Program-made: the position numbers and the translations under genes
In this document: piece by piece, positions 25,518 through 36,078 of the stretch
Position numbering within the stretch: the first letter of the stretch is position 1
How the letters are laid out: each line of letters begins with the position of its first letter
Notes under the pieces: generated by a model
What the model was told of the DNA's origin: nothing
Database searches by the model: none
The model's input: only the letters and a program-made list of their open reading frames with translations
Origin: Chiloscyllium plagiosum
Lineage: Eukaryota
Assembly: GCF_004010195.1 (NCBI RefSeq)
Contig: NC_057718.1
Span: 93,460,561 to 93,524,560, forward strand
Direction of reading: 5' to 3'
Length of the DNA stretch: 64,000 bases

Positions 25518-26169
25518 GTATAAGGGGAAATAAGAAGACAAGCATTGGAAGGCAGGTCTATGAGAAATAGCATTAAACACGAATCTCATTTAACCTCTTC
25601 AGCAACCGGACTTCACAGCAGTGTGTGACATTGAAATAAATCCAGATTGACATTGTTGTTCGAATAAGGACTAAGTCTAAGAGAGTACAGGAGGCACATT
25701 TAGGACAAATGTCAGTGAAGATCTTTTTTATACAGAGTTTAAGTAAAAATAGTTGAGACCTAGTTCCCTTATTTACTTCATCATAGCTAGATTTGGCATG
25801 GGAAGAGGTAGGGTTATGATTTCAGGAGAACAAGGTGGGTTGGAAAATCTTCATTAACTGAACCACACTTCCCAGTCATTGCCATTATTCAACTCTCCAT
25901 CCATCCCACCCCAATTGCCACCCAGTACCTTTTGTCCTTGGTCATCTCTTCCTTTCATCTTGACCCCTACTGTCTTCTCAAAGACTACAAGTCCTATCCT
26001 CAAGTCTCCGTAACTTTCCCCCATCACCTCCCCAAACCTCTTCCATATATTACTGTTTTACTCCTGGCATTCCTGTTTGATCCTTCCCAATCTCTCCCAT
26101 TGCCAGTTGCTCTCATTCCATATCAGGGACTATTCCAGTGCATTCCTTCTTAGTTACTCCCGCTGAAGT

Positions 26170-26828
26170 CGCTTAAGATGGTTCAGCTTTGGAAATGACC
26201 CATAAGAATTGCTCCAAGGCATCTTTACTGGAATTCCCCAGCATATTGTCCTTAGCCTAACCATCTTCATTTTCAGCAGCTATGTCAATGATCCTCCCTC
26301 TATCATAAGGTCTGAAGTGGTGATGTTCTTTGATAATTGCCTGGATGGGTGCAGCTCCAAAAACACTCAGAGCTTGCCACCATCCAGGACAAAGCATTCC
26401 ACTTGATTAGCATTGCATCCTTAAACATCTACTCCTTCCACCACTGGCACTCAGTAGCAGCAGTGTGTATTATCTGCAAGGTGCACTGTAGAAATTCACC
26501 AAAGATCCTTAAATAGCAACTTCCAAATCCATGAACCCTACTATCTAGAAGGACAAGGGCAGAAGATACATGGGAATACAACCAGCTGCAAGTTTCCCTC
26601 CAAGTCGCTCATCATCCAGACTTGAAAATATGTCACCATCCCTTCAGAATTACTGGGTAAAAATCCTGGAACTCTCTCCCTAATGGCATTGTGGATCTTC
26701 TTGCATCTAATGAGCTGCAATGATTCAATAAGAAAGCCCATTACCATCTTCTTTATGGCAGCTAGCAGTGGGCACTAAATGTTGGCCTAGCTAGCGATAC
26801 CCACGTGCCGTGAATGATTAAAAAAAAA
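26170..26828 (+). mobile_element. Degraded LINE 3' part (RT remnant, internal deletion, A-rich tail)
   Basis: NDPPSIIRSEVVMFFDNC resembles the ND..FADD region; the tail resembles the SINE tail. Confidence 0.75.
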
Positions 26829-28739
26829 CTTTCTGATTGCTCCCCTCGTTTTGTCACTCACCTAACAGCCCATTGCTACTGCTGTAGTGCTTTGACCATC
26901 AATGCCACTTGGCTGGTGAAGTGCCAGTTACTGTTCGAAGCTTGCCACTTGATGGATTTTAGGGTGCATTAGCTGAATATTAAGTCTAATTTTTCAGGAT
27001 CAAGAATAGTTCCTTGCATTCCCCACTTTTCCAAAGATGAGCCCACCCAAATATCTAGGCCTGCCTTCTCATGGGTGATTTAGATTCTCAGTTTTATTTT
27101 GTTATAACGATAAGATATAACAAAGAAAATTCAGTTGACAGTATCAGACTGCACTTCTGATAGGTGTATGATTCAACCCTGATGGTTGAAATCTACGTTC
27201 TGGAGAGAGATGTGCATTGGAAAGGCATTACCTGCTTTAAGATAAGCAGCTAACTTGAAATCCAACAAATCAGCATGCAGCAACTAATCAAACACCTTCA
27301 TCTACAAATTTACAATTTTAAAAGTTTTTTTTTGTTAAAAAGATAGATTTAAATCTTGTTAACTACACCTTTTATTAATGAAAGGGTATGGACTCCCCTT
27401 TGTAATGTTACAACAAGAATGCACTAATTGATATTGTGTATAGATCTTACCTGCAGACTGTATCTGTGTGCTCACACACAACTCTTTTCAGCATGTGTTT
27501 GGCAAGTTTTCCTGAAAAGTCTTCTACACAGAGATTTAGTATCATGAACTGTGAAATTCAGGAAATGTGACCTGGCTGCATTGGGAATGCTGCATTCTGA
27601 TTTTTAAGTCTTAAAATAGAAACTAGACTCACAAATACCCAAGTATTGTTCATAAAACATCACCGAGGAATGAAGTATTGACTTCAGCAAAATGTAAATT
27701 ACAGAGGCTCCCCTGGTTTTCCTATATGCCACGTTCTTTGTTTTTTTTTTAAAGCAGTTTGAAGTCTGGTTTGACTTGCTTCTCTGTCTTTGGAATATCT
27801 CAAAAGCATGAACCTACCTAAAATAAAAACAGGAAGTGCTGGAGGAACACAGTAGGTCTGTGCAGAAAGAAACAGAGTTGACATCTTGAGTCTAGTATGA
27901 CTCTTATCCAGAACTGAAAGGAGCTGACAAAAATGATGAATTTTTTATGCTGTTATGACACAGGAGGGGTGTGGAGGGGCAAGTGGAATAGATGGTGAGG
28001 TTGCCCACAACAAAACGCAAAGGCTGTGAGAACGTGGAAAAGGTGTGTAGAATATGGTAGTACTTCAGGGCTCCATCTTACGAATGTTTTAGATATATCA
28101 GAGTTTTGCCAGGCTTTTTGGAAGTTTTCTCACTGTATATAACCAAGCTGACTTTATTAACTAGGGTTTCCCTCACCATTTCATTCTAGTCCCAACTTAC
28201 TACACGTCGTTCCCCAAAAGACTCACCACTCAGCGGATATCCACTGTAAGACTGGACTCCCTTGCACCCACACCATCTTTGAAAGGCCACTCTGCACCCG
28301 GACAAGAGTAGGAAGTCAGGCTGTGACCTTTACTGGCCAGTTCATGGCGCAGCTGCCCCATGCCACAGTTGGCATGGCTGACCCACCGCCGCACATGCAA
28401 CCCTATTCTCTCACCTAAGTCACAGTTTAATAACTCAGCCATATACTCTCTCAGACACATCCCAACTGAAGTCACCACTCCTCTGTCCCGAATGCCCACT
28501 GTACACCCCCAGATTGTCAAACCAGTCAGACTATTCCAAATATGAATGTTTATTTACAGACTGCAAATGTGTAAAGGTACAGAAACAGACCCTTCAGTCC
28601 AACTTATCCGTGCCGACCAGATATCCTAACCTAATCTAGTCCCATTTGCCAGCACTTGGCCCATATCTCTCTAACCCTTCCTATTGATATCCCCATCCAG
28701 ATGCCTTCCACTGTTTCCAAATCCATGATGGCTGTTGCA

Positions 28740-29420
28740 GCTAGCTCCTATTAACTGGAATTGGGTATCAGTCAGGCTGTCTCTCTAGCTTGTAGCTTTC
28801 AACTGGCCACTGAGCTCACTCATGGATAAGGAGGGCATCACCCTCCCCAGTATCCTCACCTTCCTCCTCAAAAAGCTGCTCCCATTCCCCCAGTTCCTCA
28901 GCACCCAGCGCAATGCCCTGTTGCTTGCTTCATTGTGCAGAGTGCAGTGTGCCAGGATGATGTGGCACACACTATCCAGACTCTACTGGAGGGCAGTTGC
29001 CATCACGTTAAATCTGTCCAAGCCCACCTTCAGCAGGCTTATCGTCTGTTCCACCACGGCCCTGGATCAAACCTGGGCAACACTGTATGGGTAAGTGTGC
29101 TCCACATCAGTCAGGAGATTGTACACTGGGGGTCTTCTGCCATGGTCAATGTGGGTAGCCCTTGTCCTCCAGCAAACTTGACCCTGAAATGCACCAATTA
29201 TGTGAGAGTGATCCAGGCTGTAGGAAGGTTAGCAGTTTCCAGGGGAGTGGGCACACACCTCAGGGAAGTGGTAACAGTGCTCACAGATCACCTGTACATG
29301 AATGGCATGGAATCCATGCCTGGTGACAAATTCCACAGCATTATGGTACAGCCCTGTCAGGGCTGCCTCTGTACAGCCGATGGCACCCTGTACTAGGGAG
29401 AAGCCAGTTACGTTTCCCGA
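28740..29420 (-). pseudogene. PIF/Harbinger transposase relic (HARBI1-like DDE domain)
   Basis: GFSLVQGAIGCT..FVTRHGFHAIHVQVICE..SPGNC*..DKGYP..VVEQTISLLK..CHIILAHCTLHN, with stops and frameshifts. Confidence 0.88.
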
Positions 29421-29700
29421 ATCTTACTGCCCGGGCTGCAGCACTGACCCCGTGACCGTGACACAAAATTAATTAGTGCAATCTTTCTCAGATGGCAATG
29501 GTCACTGTCCTGGTGCATTTGTTGTGCGTACAACTGAGAGATCCCAAAATGCAATTGTGGGTCAACCCACATGGACTGCAGTGGTTCAAGAAGGCAGCTC
29601 ACCACCACAAAGATACACAATGTTGGTCCAGTCAACGATATCCACGTTCCACAAGTGAATAAAAAAACACAAATTGTCCAGTTAAGTAAAGACACAAATA

Positions 29701-29873
29701 CAAAGGAACCTCAATTATCCGGCTTTCGATTATCTGAATATCAGTTTATCCGGCAAGATCACAAGGTCCTAATGCTTAGCTAAGCTATGTTATCTGGCAT
29801 TTGATTATTTGGAATTCAGTTAACTGAACGAAATACTCCTCACCCGTGTGCCCTGATGATCGAGGTTCCTCTG
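29701..29873. mobile_element. Tc1/mariner-pogo-type MITE
   Basis: TIRs caaaggaacctcaattatc and gatgatcgaggttcctctg, flanked by TA on both sides. Confidence 0.85.
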
Positions 29874-30711
29874 TAAACTGAAGCCAATGATAAAGCTGCT
29901 TTCTTACAATTCCATTATATCCTGTAGAGAAACATCATGTTCTCTATCTCAGCACTTCAGTGCCTCACCTGACTTCTTGTACGGGAATTACCTTGCTATG
30001 AGTGACACTAATGAACAAGCTTATTTAAAAATCAATAATGTAGAATAATATAAGAAATATATTATGTTGTTATAATCTTCATTTTAAAAGGGTTTGCTCC
30101 CAGTCAGTGAAAGAGAAATTTATTTCAAGTATTGTTTGAAGAAATCCGTCACAAACTTGTTGGATTTGGCGAGATCCAAGGTGTGTTTTATTTTAGCCTT
30201 GGCGTGTGAAAGAGTCCAATTCCGGAACCATTCTGAAGCATCCCAGCCAGCTATCTGCCTTTAGCTCAACTATTTTTAACTGTTCTCAGTGTCTGACTCC
30301 TCTGGGATAACACAGCCCTCCGATGGTGAGTCAAATAGTGACTCAGAACGTTGGCTGGATTCTGGGTCCTGTTCTCTCCTGCAGTGTTGGGTCTTTGCAA
30401 GGCAGCTCAACCATGCTTTGGCCTTGGATACCATATGAGCTTTGAAGTTTTGCTCTTTGACATTCTATTTTGCTTGCATCTAGTTCATCTTGTTCAATTG
30501 TGTCCAGATAACTTTTATGTCAATTAGTTAGTTTTTGTGTGTATTCTATATCTGAACATTAATTCTTCATTTTTTTGGGGGTGTTTTATTTGTAACCCCA
30601 GCCATCTAATGGAGCTCTCAATCTACAGCAGAGATCTGTCAGAGCGTAGTCAGGCGAGTAATGATAAAGAAAAACACCTGGTTTGAGGGAGATGGGAAGT
30701 TTGCAATAAAG

Positions 30712-31186
30712 AGTGGCTCAGTGGTTGGCACTGCTACCTCACAGCGCCAAAGACCTGGGTTCAATTCCACCCTCGGGTGACTGTCTGTGTGGAGTTTGCA
30801 CGTTCTCCCCATGTCTGCGTGAGTTTCCTTTGGGTGGTCTGGTTTCCTCCCACAGTCCAAGTGGATTGGCCATGCTAAATTGGCCGTAGTGTGCAGGCTA
30901 GGTGGATTCCCTGCACCCTGGAGGCTCCCTGCCTTCATTCCCGATGAAGGGCTTATGCCCGAAATGTCAATTTTCCTGCTCCTCAGATACTGCCTGACCT
31001 GCTGGGCTTTTCCAGCACTACTCTAATCTAGACTCTGATCTCCAGCATCTGCAGTCCTCACCTTTTGCCGGATTAGTCGTGGTTGTTGAGGAGTTACACG
31101 GATTGGGTCGAGGGGGGATGCTCTTTGGAGAGTTGATCTGGACTTGATGAGCCAGATGGTCTGCTTCCAATCAGTAGGGATTCTGG
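30712..31186 (+). mobile_element. HE1 SINE interrupted by a Penelope terminal-repeat fragment (~30909-31069)
   Basis: The SINE breaks at ggatt and resumes at ggatt; the insert carries a degenerate hammerhead. Confidence 0.85.
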
Positions 31187-31456
31187 GAGATGGCATATAA
31201 ATGAGCAGGCAGTTGGTTTAGAGCATCCTCTTTCTACCTACATACATGTTCATTTCTTCAGAGAATGCGAAAGAGAAAACCCATGACTAACAAAGGTCAT
31301 CACACGTTAGTCAGTCATTAATAACCACACTATGTGGCCACTCAGCCATTCTAGAAAAGAGATGTACATGACAACATTGGCAACCCCGACAATATTGGCA
31401 ACTGATATGAACTAGCATGTTGACGTTATTTAAATGATGGTTTTGATTGCCAGAAG

Positions 31457-33111
31457 GAGAAAGTGAGGTCTGCAGATGCTGGAGATCAGAGCTGGAAATG
31501 TGTTGCTGGAAAAGCGCAGCAGGTCAGGCAGCATCCAGGAAACAGGAGAATCGACGTTTCGGGCATAAGCCCTTCTTCAGGAATGGGGAAAGTTTGTCCA
31601 GCAGGCTAAGATAAAAGGTAGGGAGGAGGGACTAGGGGGAGGGGCGTCGGAAATGTGATAGGTGGAAAGAGGTCAAGGTGAGGGTGATAGGTCAGACTGG
31701 GGGGGGGGGGGAGAGGTCGGGAAGAAGAAACAAAACAACCAAGACACACAAAGACAAACAGTACTAAAAGCAGCACCGCAACCACTCCTCAAGCTCCTTC
31801 CAGAAGCAGTGTTCTGGGCCACAGTCCGTCTTCCGTCTCGCCCCAAGGGATCAGCCTGCGAGCTCAGGTCAGGTTAAACCAAAAATAAATTTAATGCGAT
31901 CTTTCCCTTATTCCGTCTTGCCCTCGAGGGATCAACCTGCAACGCTCAGGTCAGGAGCACGCGTGTGGCCAATAAAAGTAATTTCGAGTGGCCCTTCACA
32001 AGCTAACAGCCAACTGAACACAAATTTAAAGCACTGTCTCTTAGAAGACAAACCCCACAGTAAGTGAAACTGCAGGTCCAGCTAACCTCGTAAAACAGAG
32101 GCCGAACCGACTACACCAATTGTTGAAGAAAACTCTCGAGACTCGGACCTTGCGAGCCGATTAGTTTATTACATGATATACCAAGGGGAATACACCGNNN
32201 NNNNNNNNNNNNNNNNNNNNNNNNNNNNNNNNNNNNNNNNNNNNNNNNNNNNNNNNNNNNNNNNNNNNNNNNNNNNNNNNNNNNNNNNNNNNNNNNNNNN
32301 NNNNNNNNNNNNNNNNNNNNNNNNNNNNNNNNNNNNNNNNNNNNNNNNNNNNNNNNNNNNNNNNNNNNNNNNNNNNNNNNNNNNNNNNNNNNNNNNNNNN
32401 NNNNNNNNNNNNNNNNNNNNNNNNNNNNNNNNNNNNNNNNNNNNNNNNNNNNNNNNNNNNNNNNNNNNNNNNNNNNNNNNNNNNNNNNNNNNNNNNNNNN
32501 NNNNNNNNNNNNNNNNNNNNNNNNNNNNNNNNNNNNNNNNNNNNNNNNNNNNNNNNNNNNNNNNNNNNNNNNNNNNNNNNNNNNNNNNNNNNNNNNNNNN
32601 NNNNNNNNNNNNNNNNNNNNNNNNNNNNNNNNNNNNNNNNNNNCAGGAGAATCGACGTTTCGGGCATGAGCCCTTCTTCAGGAATGGGGAAAGTTTGTCC
32701 AGCAGGGTAAGATAAAAGGTAGGGAGGAGGGACTTGGGGGAGGGGCGTCGGAAATGTGATCGGTGGAAAGAGGTCAAGGTGAGGGTGATAGGTCAGACTG
32801 GGGTGGGGGCGTAGAGGTCGGGAAGAAGATCTCAGGTTAGGAAGGCGGTGCTGAATTTGATGGATTTGACTGAGACAGGCTGGGGGGAGGGGAAATGAGG
32901 AAACTGGTGAAATCTGAGTTCATCCCTTGTGGTTGGAGGGTTCCCACCCCAGTCTGACCTATCACCCTCACCTTGACCTCTTTCCACCTATCACATTTCC
33001 GACGCCCCTCCCCCTAGTCCCTCCTCCCTACCTTTTATCTTAGCCTGCTGGACAAACTTTCCCCATTCCTGAAGAAGGGCTTATGCCCGAAACGTCGATT
33101 CTCCTGTTCCC
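31457..33111 (-). mobile_element. Young composite Penelope insertion: two minus-strand terminal repeats, an inverted 5' copy and an internal LTR-element fragment
   Basis: 14-bp TSD ttgattgccagaag at 31443-31456 and 33112-33125; intact hammerhead cores at 31549-31584(-), 32650-32685(-) and 33065-33100(+). Confidence 0.88.
31729..32197 (-). mobile_element. LTR retroelement 5' fragment: LTR end, tRNA-Ser-like PBS and leader
   Basis: Minus strand: AATAAA (32165-32170), ..ttcaaCA end (32121), 2-nt spacer, then TGGTGTAGTCGG, compared with TGGCGTAGTCGG, the complement of the tRNA-Ser 3' end. Confidence 0.7.
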
Positions 33112-35079
33112 TTGATTGCCAGAAGCCTATAAAAGGTGAAGAAAGCTATTAAAGCAGGGAAAGAAAAGATCAGAAATAATAATAATAATAATAATAATAA
33201 TATGAAGGATCAATCAAATAAGAACAAAGATTTTAGAATGGTCAAGCAAGCAAGGATAGTGCAAACTAATTTTAACTTCAGACAAGTCTATCAGGAAAAT
33301 GACTAAACTTAGCTTCTTCAAGATTGGTATTTTCTGTTTTCTTTTACTCCCTCGTGGGATATTGGAGTTGCTGGCTCATCCAGGTTTTAATTCCTGTCAC
33401 TAGTTGTCCTTGCGAAGCTGGTAGTGAGTCCCCTTGCTGAACTGCTGCATTCCCTTTGGCCTAGGCACATCCACAATGCCATTAGGGAGGGAGTTCCCGG
33501 ACTTCTACAGACAATCCTATTGCCACTTCCGATGCAGGATTTCGGACCAAGTGCAAGGTAGATGCGCACACGATTATCCCTTTTGAACTTTAATGTGTCT
33601 GAAGCATGTTCCCAGTGAAATTGATAAATAGATGTATAAATGAGTGGTTATTGCAACAGATGGGAGTTGACAGCATGGGCAAATTGCTCTTGGTGTTGGT
33701 CAGATGTATGTTTGGGTGTGTGGTGCAAAGTAATGGTAGCAAAAAGATGTTGCTGGAAAGAAAGGTCAAGGAAAATCACTGGGTAGAAGGCCAGATGTAG
33801 TGTGAAAATCTTGGACCATATACTTGTGTTTCATAACAGTGACAAACGGTCAATATAGCTGAAGGAGAGTACACATTGCACCACCACACAACATGGAGGG
33901 AAGTTATAAAACCTCATTTTTATGGAGAGTACCTTGAATGTGAAGTGGGCAACTGCTTTTACAATTATTGCAGAAAATGGTCTGCTGTACAGAATTCAAA
34001 ACATTGCAGAATGCCCTCCAAAACATTGGAGAGAAAGATGACCCTTCAAAAATGACAGCCTATCTCTTTCCACCAGGCACTAAAAGCATCATGTGAGAAT
34101 CACCAACTGTGCTACCTGAACTCTATAGCAGAGTATGCTGTCTCAGAATCTTCATTTATCTGTTACACCTTTCTCAATGAAATTAACCAATAACACTGAA
34201 TCAAGTTCTACGTCCACTTCTGTGCTTCTAACAACCATCCTCCATTCCTTGGCAACTGACCTCTGGTTTGAGAAATTGAACATGAGATAAAATTCAACAT
34301 CAAGTCACATCTTGGGACAGGCGGAGTCAAAGAGTCAAGTTTAATGTCTTCAAAGAGAAAAGAGGTCTTTGGAGAGGAAGAGAGGTTCCGAGAGGGAACT
34401 CAGGGAACAAACAACTGAAGGCAAGGCTGCCAATGGAAATGTGAAGGAAATCAGAGATGTTCAAGAGGTGAGAATTGAGTACACCAGATATTTCTCCAAT
34501 TTAAAATTAGAAAGCTCCAATCCATTATTTTCTGCATTTTGAAGAATTGTCACTGAAGTCGAAACATTAACTCTGGTTTCCTTCCATATGCGCTGTTGGA
34601 CCTGCTGAGCTTTCCAGCCAATTCTGTTTTAGTTTCAAATTTCCAGCATCCACTCTTCTTTGTTTTATTTACCTTTTCCTACTTGTCCGAATGATGCAGC
34701 AACCTCACCTCCAATTTCATGTCTATTTAATCAAGCAGATTTGACCTCTAGTTAAAATTATGCTTCCCCACCCACCAAGGCTGAAGATGAAATCTCAGAT
34801 CTTATCTATCAATTTTGCTATAAATCCACTATATCATCCATTACCACCCTTACAATAGTCATGGCACTGCTGAAACCCTCATCCATACCCTGAAATTCCT
34901 GTACCCTGTATCCTGTCCCAGAATATGGGCAGGATCACTTATTCAAATGGGAAGGTGGTGCCTGTGGACTCTCTAAACCACCTCATACAGCTCTCAGGCC
35001 AATGTGTGAGATCCTGAATTCTCTTCCATTAAGTGCTGTTGTCTGTGTTTCGCGAATGGAATACTTTGTTGGAAAGAAT

Positions 35080-36078
35080 AATGGAGGTAGAGTTTTGAAG
35101 ATTGAGAGTTAATCTTATTGACACACATAAAATACTTAAAGAAATAGACAGGTTAGATGCACAAAAGATGTTTCCTCTTCTTGGGGATTCTAGAACCAGA
35201 AGCACAATTTAAAAATAAGGAGTTGCCACTTGGATCCAACATGAATTTTTTTTTTAACTGAGAGATTGGTGAACCTTTGGAAATTTCTACCGTAGAGGGC
35301 TGTGGATTCTGTATGTTTGACTATGATTTGAGTGGAGATTGATAGATTTCAGATTAACAATAGTGTACATGATAATGGGGATGGAGTGGCTAAAAGGAAT
35401 GAAGGTGTTTGATCAGCCATGATTGGATTGAATTACAGGGCAGACACAATTGGCTGAATAACCTCACTCCTGTTGCTATGTTCCTACAAATTAAACCTAT
35501 CTGGTCTTATTGGTCAGTGCATTGCAATGTGGTTGTACAGGACATTGGTCAGGCCACTTTTGGAATACTGCTTTCAATTCTGAGCTATAGGAAAGATGTT
35601 AAACTTGAAAAGGTTCAGAGAAGATTTACAAGGATATTGCCAGGATTGGAGGGTTTGAGCTAAGGGGAGAGGCTGAGTAGATTGGGGCTATTTTCCCTGG
35701 AGTGTTGAAGGTTGAACTTATAAAGGTTTATAAAATCATGAGGGGCATGGAGAGGGTGAATAAACAAGGACTTTTTCCCAGGGTATGGGAATCCAAAACT
35801 AAAGGGTTTAGGTTTAAGTAAGAGGGGAAAGATACAAAAGAGATTTAAGGGGCAACCTTTTCACACAAAGGGTGGTGTGTGTAATGAATGAGCTACCAGA
35901 GGAAGTGTTGGAGGCTGGTACAACTACAACATTTAAAAGGTATCTGAATGGGAAGGGTTTAGAGGGATATGGGCCAAATGCTGGCTAATGAGACTAGGTA
36001 ATTTAGGATATCTGATTGGCATGGATAAGTTGGATCAAAGGGTCTGTGCTGGACAACTCTATGACTCTGTGACTCTCT
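35080..36078 (+). mobile_element. Two adjacent CR1 3' fragments
   Basis: YRKDVKLEKVQRRFTRILPGLEGLS and two different CR1 tails. Confidence 0.85.

Noticed and set aside
28935..29396. 153-aa plus-strand ORF
   Set aside because: Antisense of the Harbinger transposase relic.
30121..30520. Protein-like minus-strand translations
   Set aside because: They require frameshifts and stops, with no family motif or clear splice sites.
32161..32777. Long ORFs in the track (also 52591-52917)
   Set aside because: Artefacts of translating N runs.
33176..33202. (AAT)n; also (AGAATT)n at ~20629 and (GA)n at ~62411
   Set aside because: Ordinary microsatellites.
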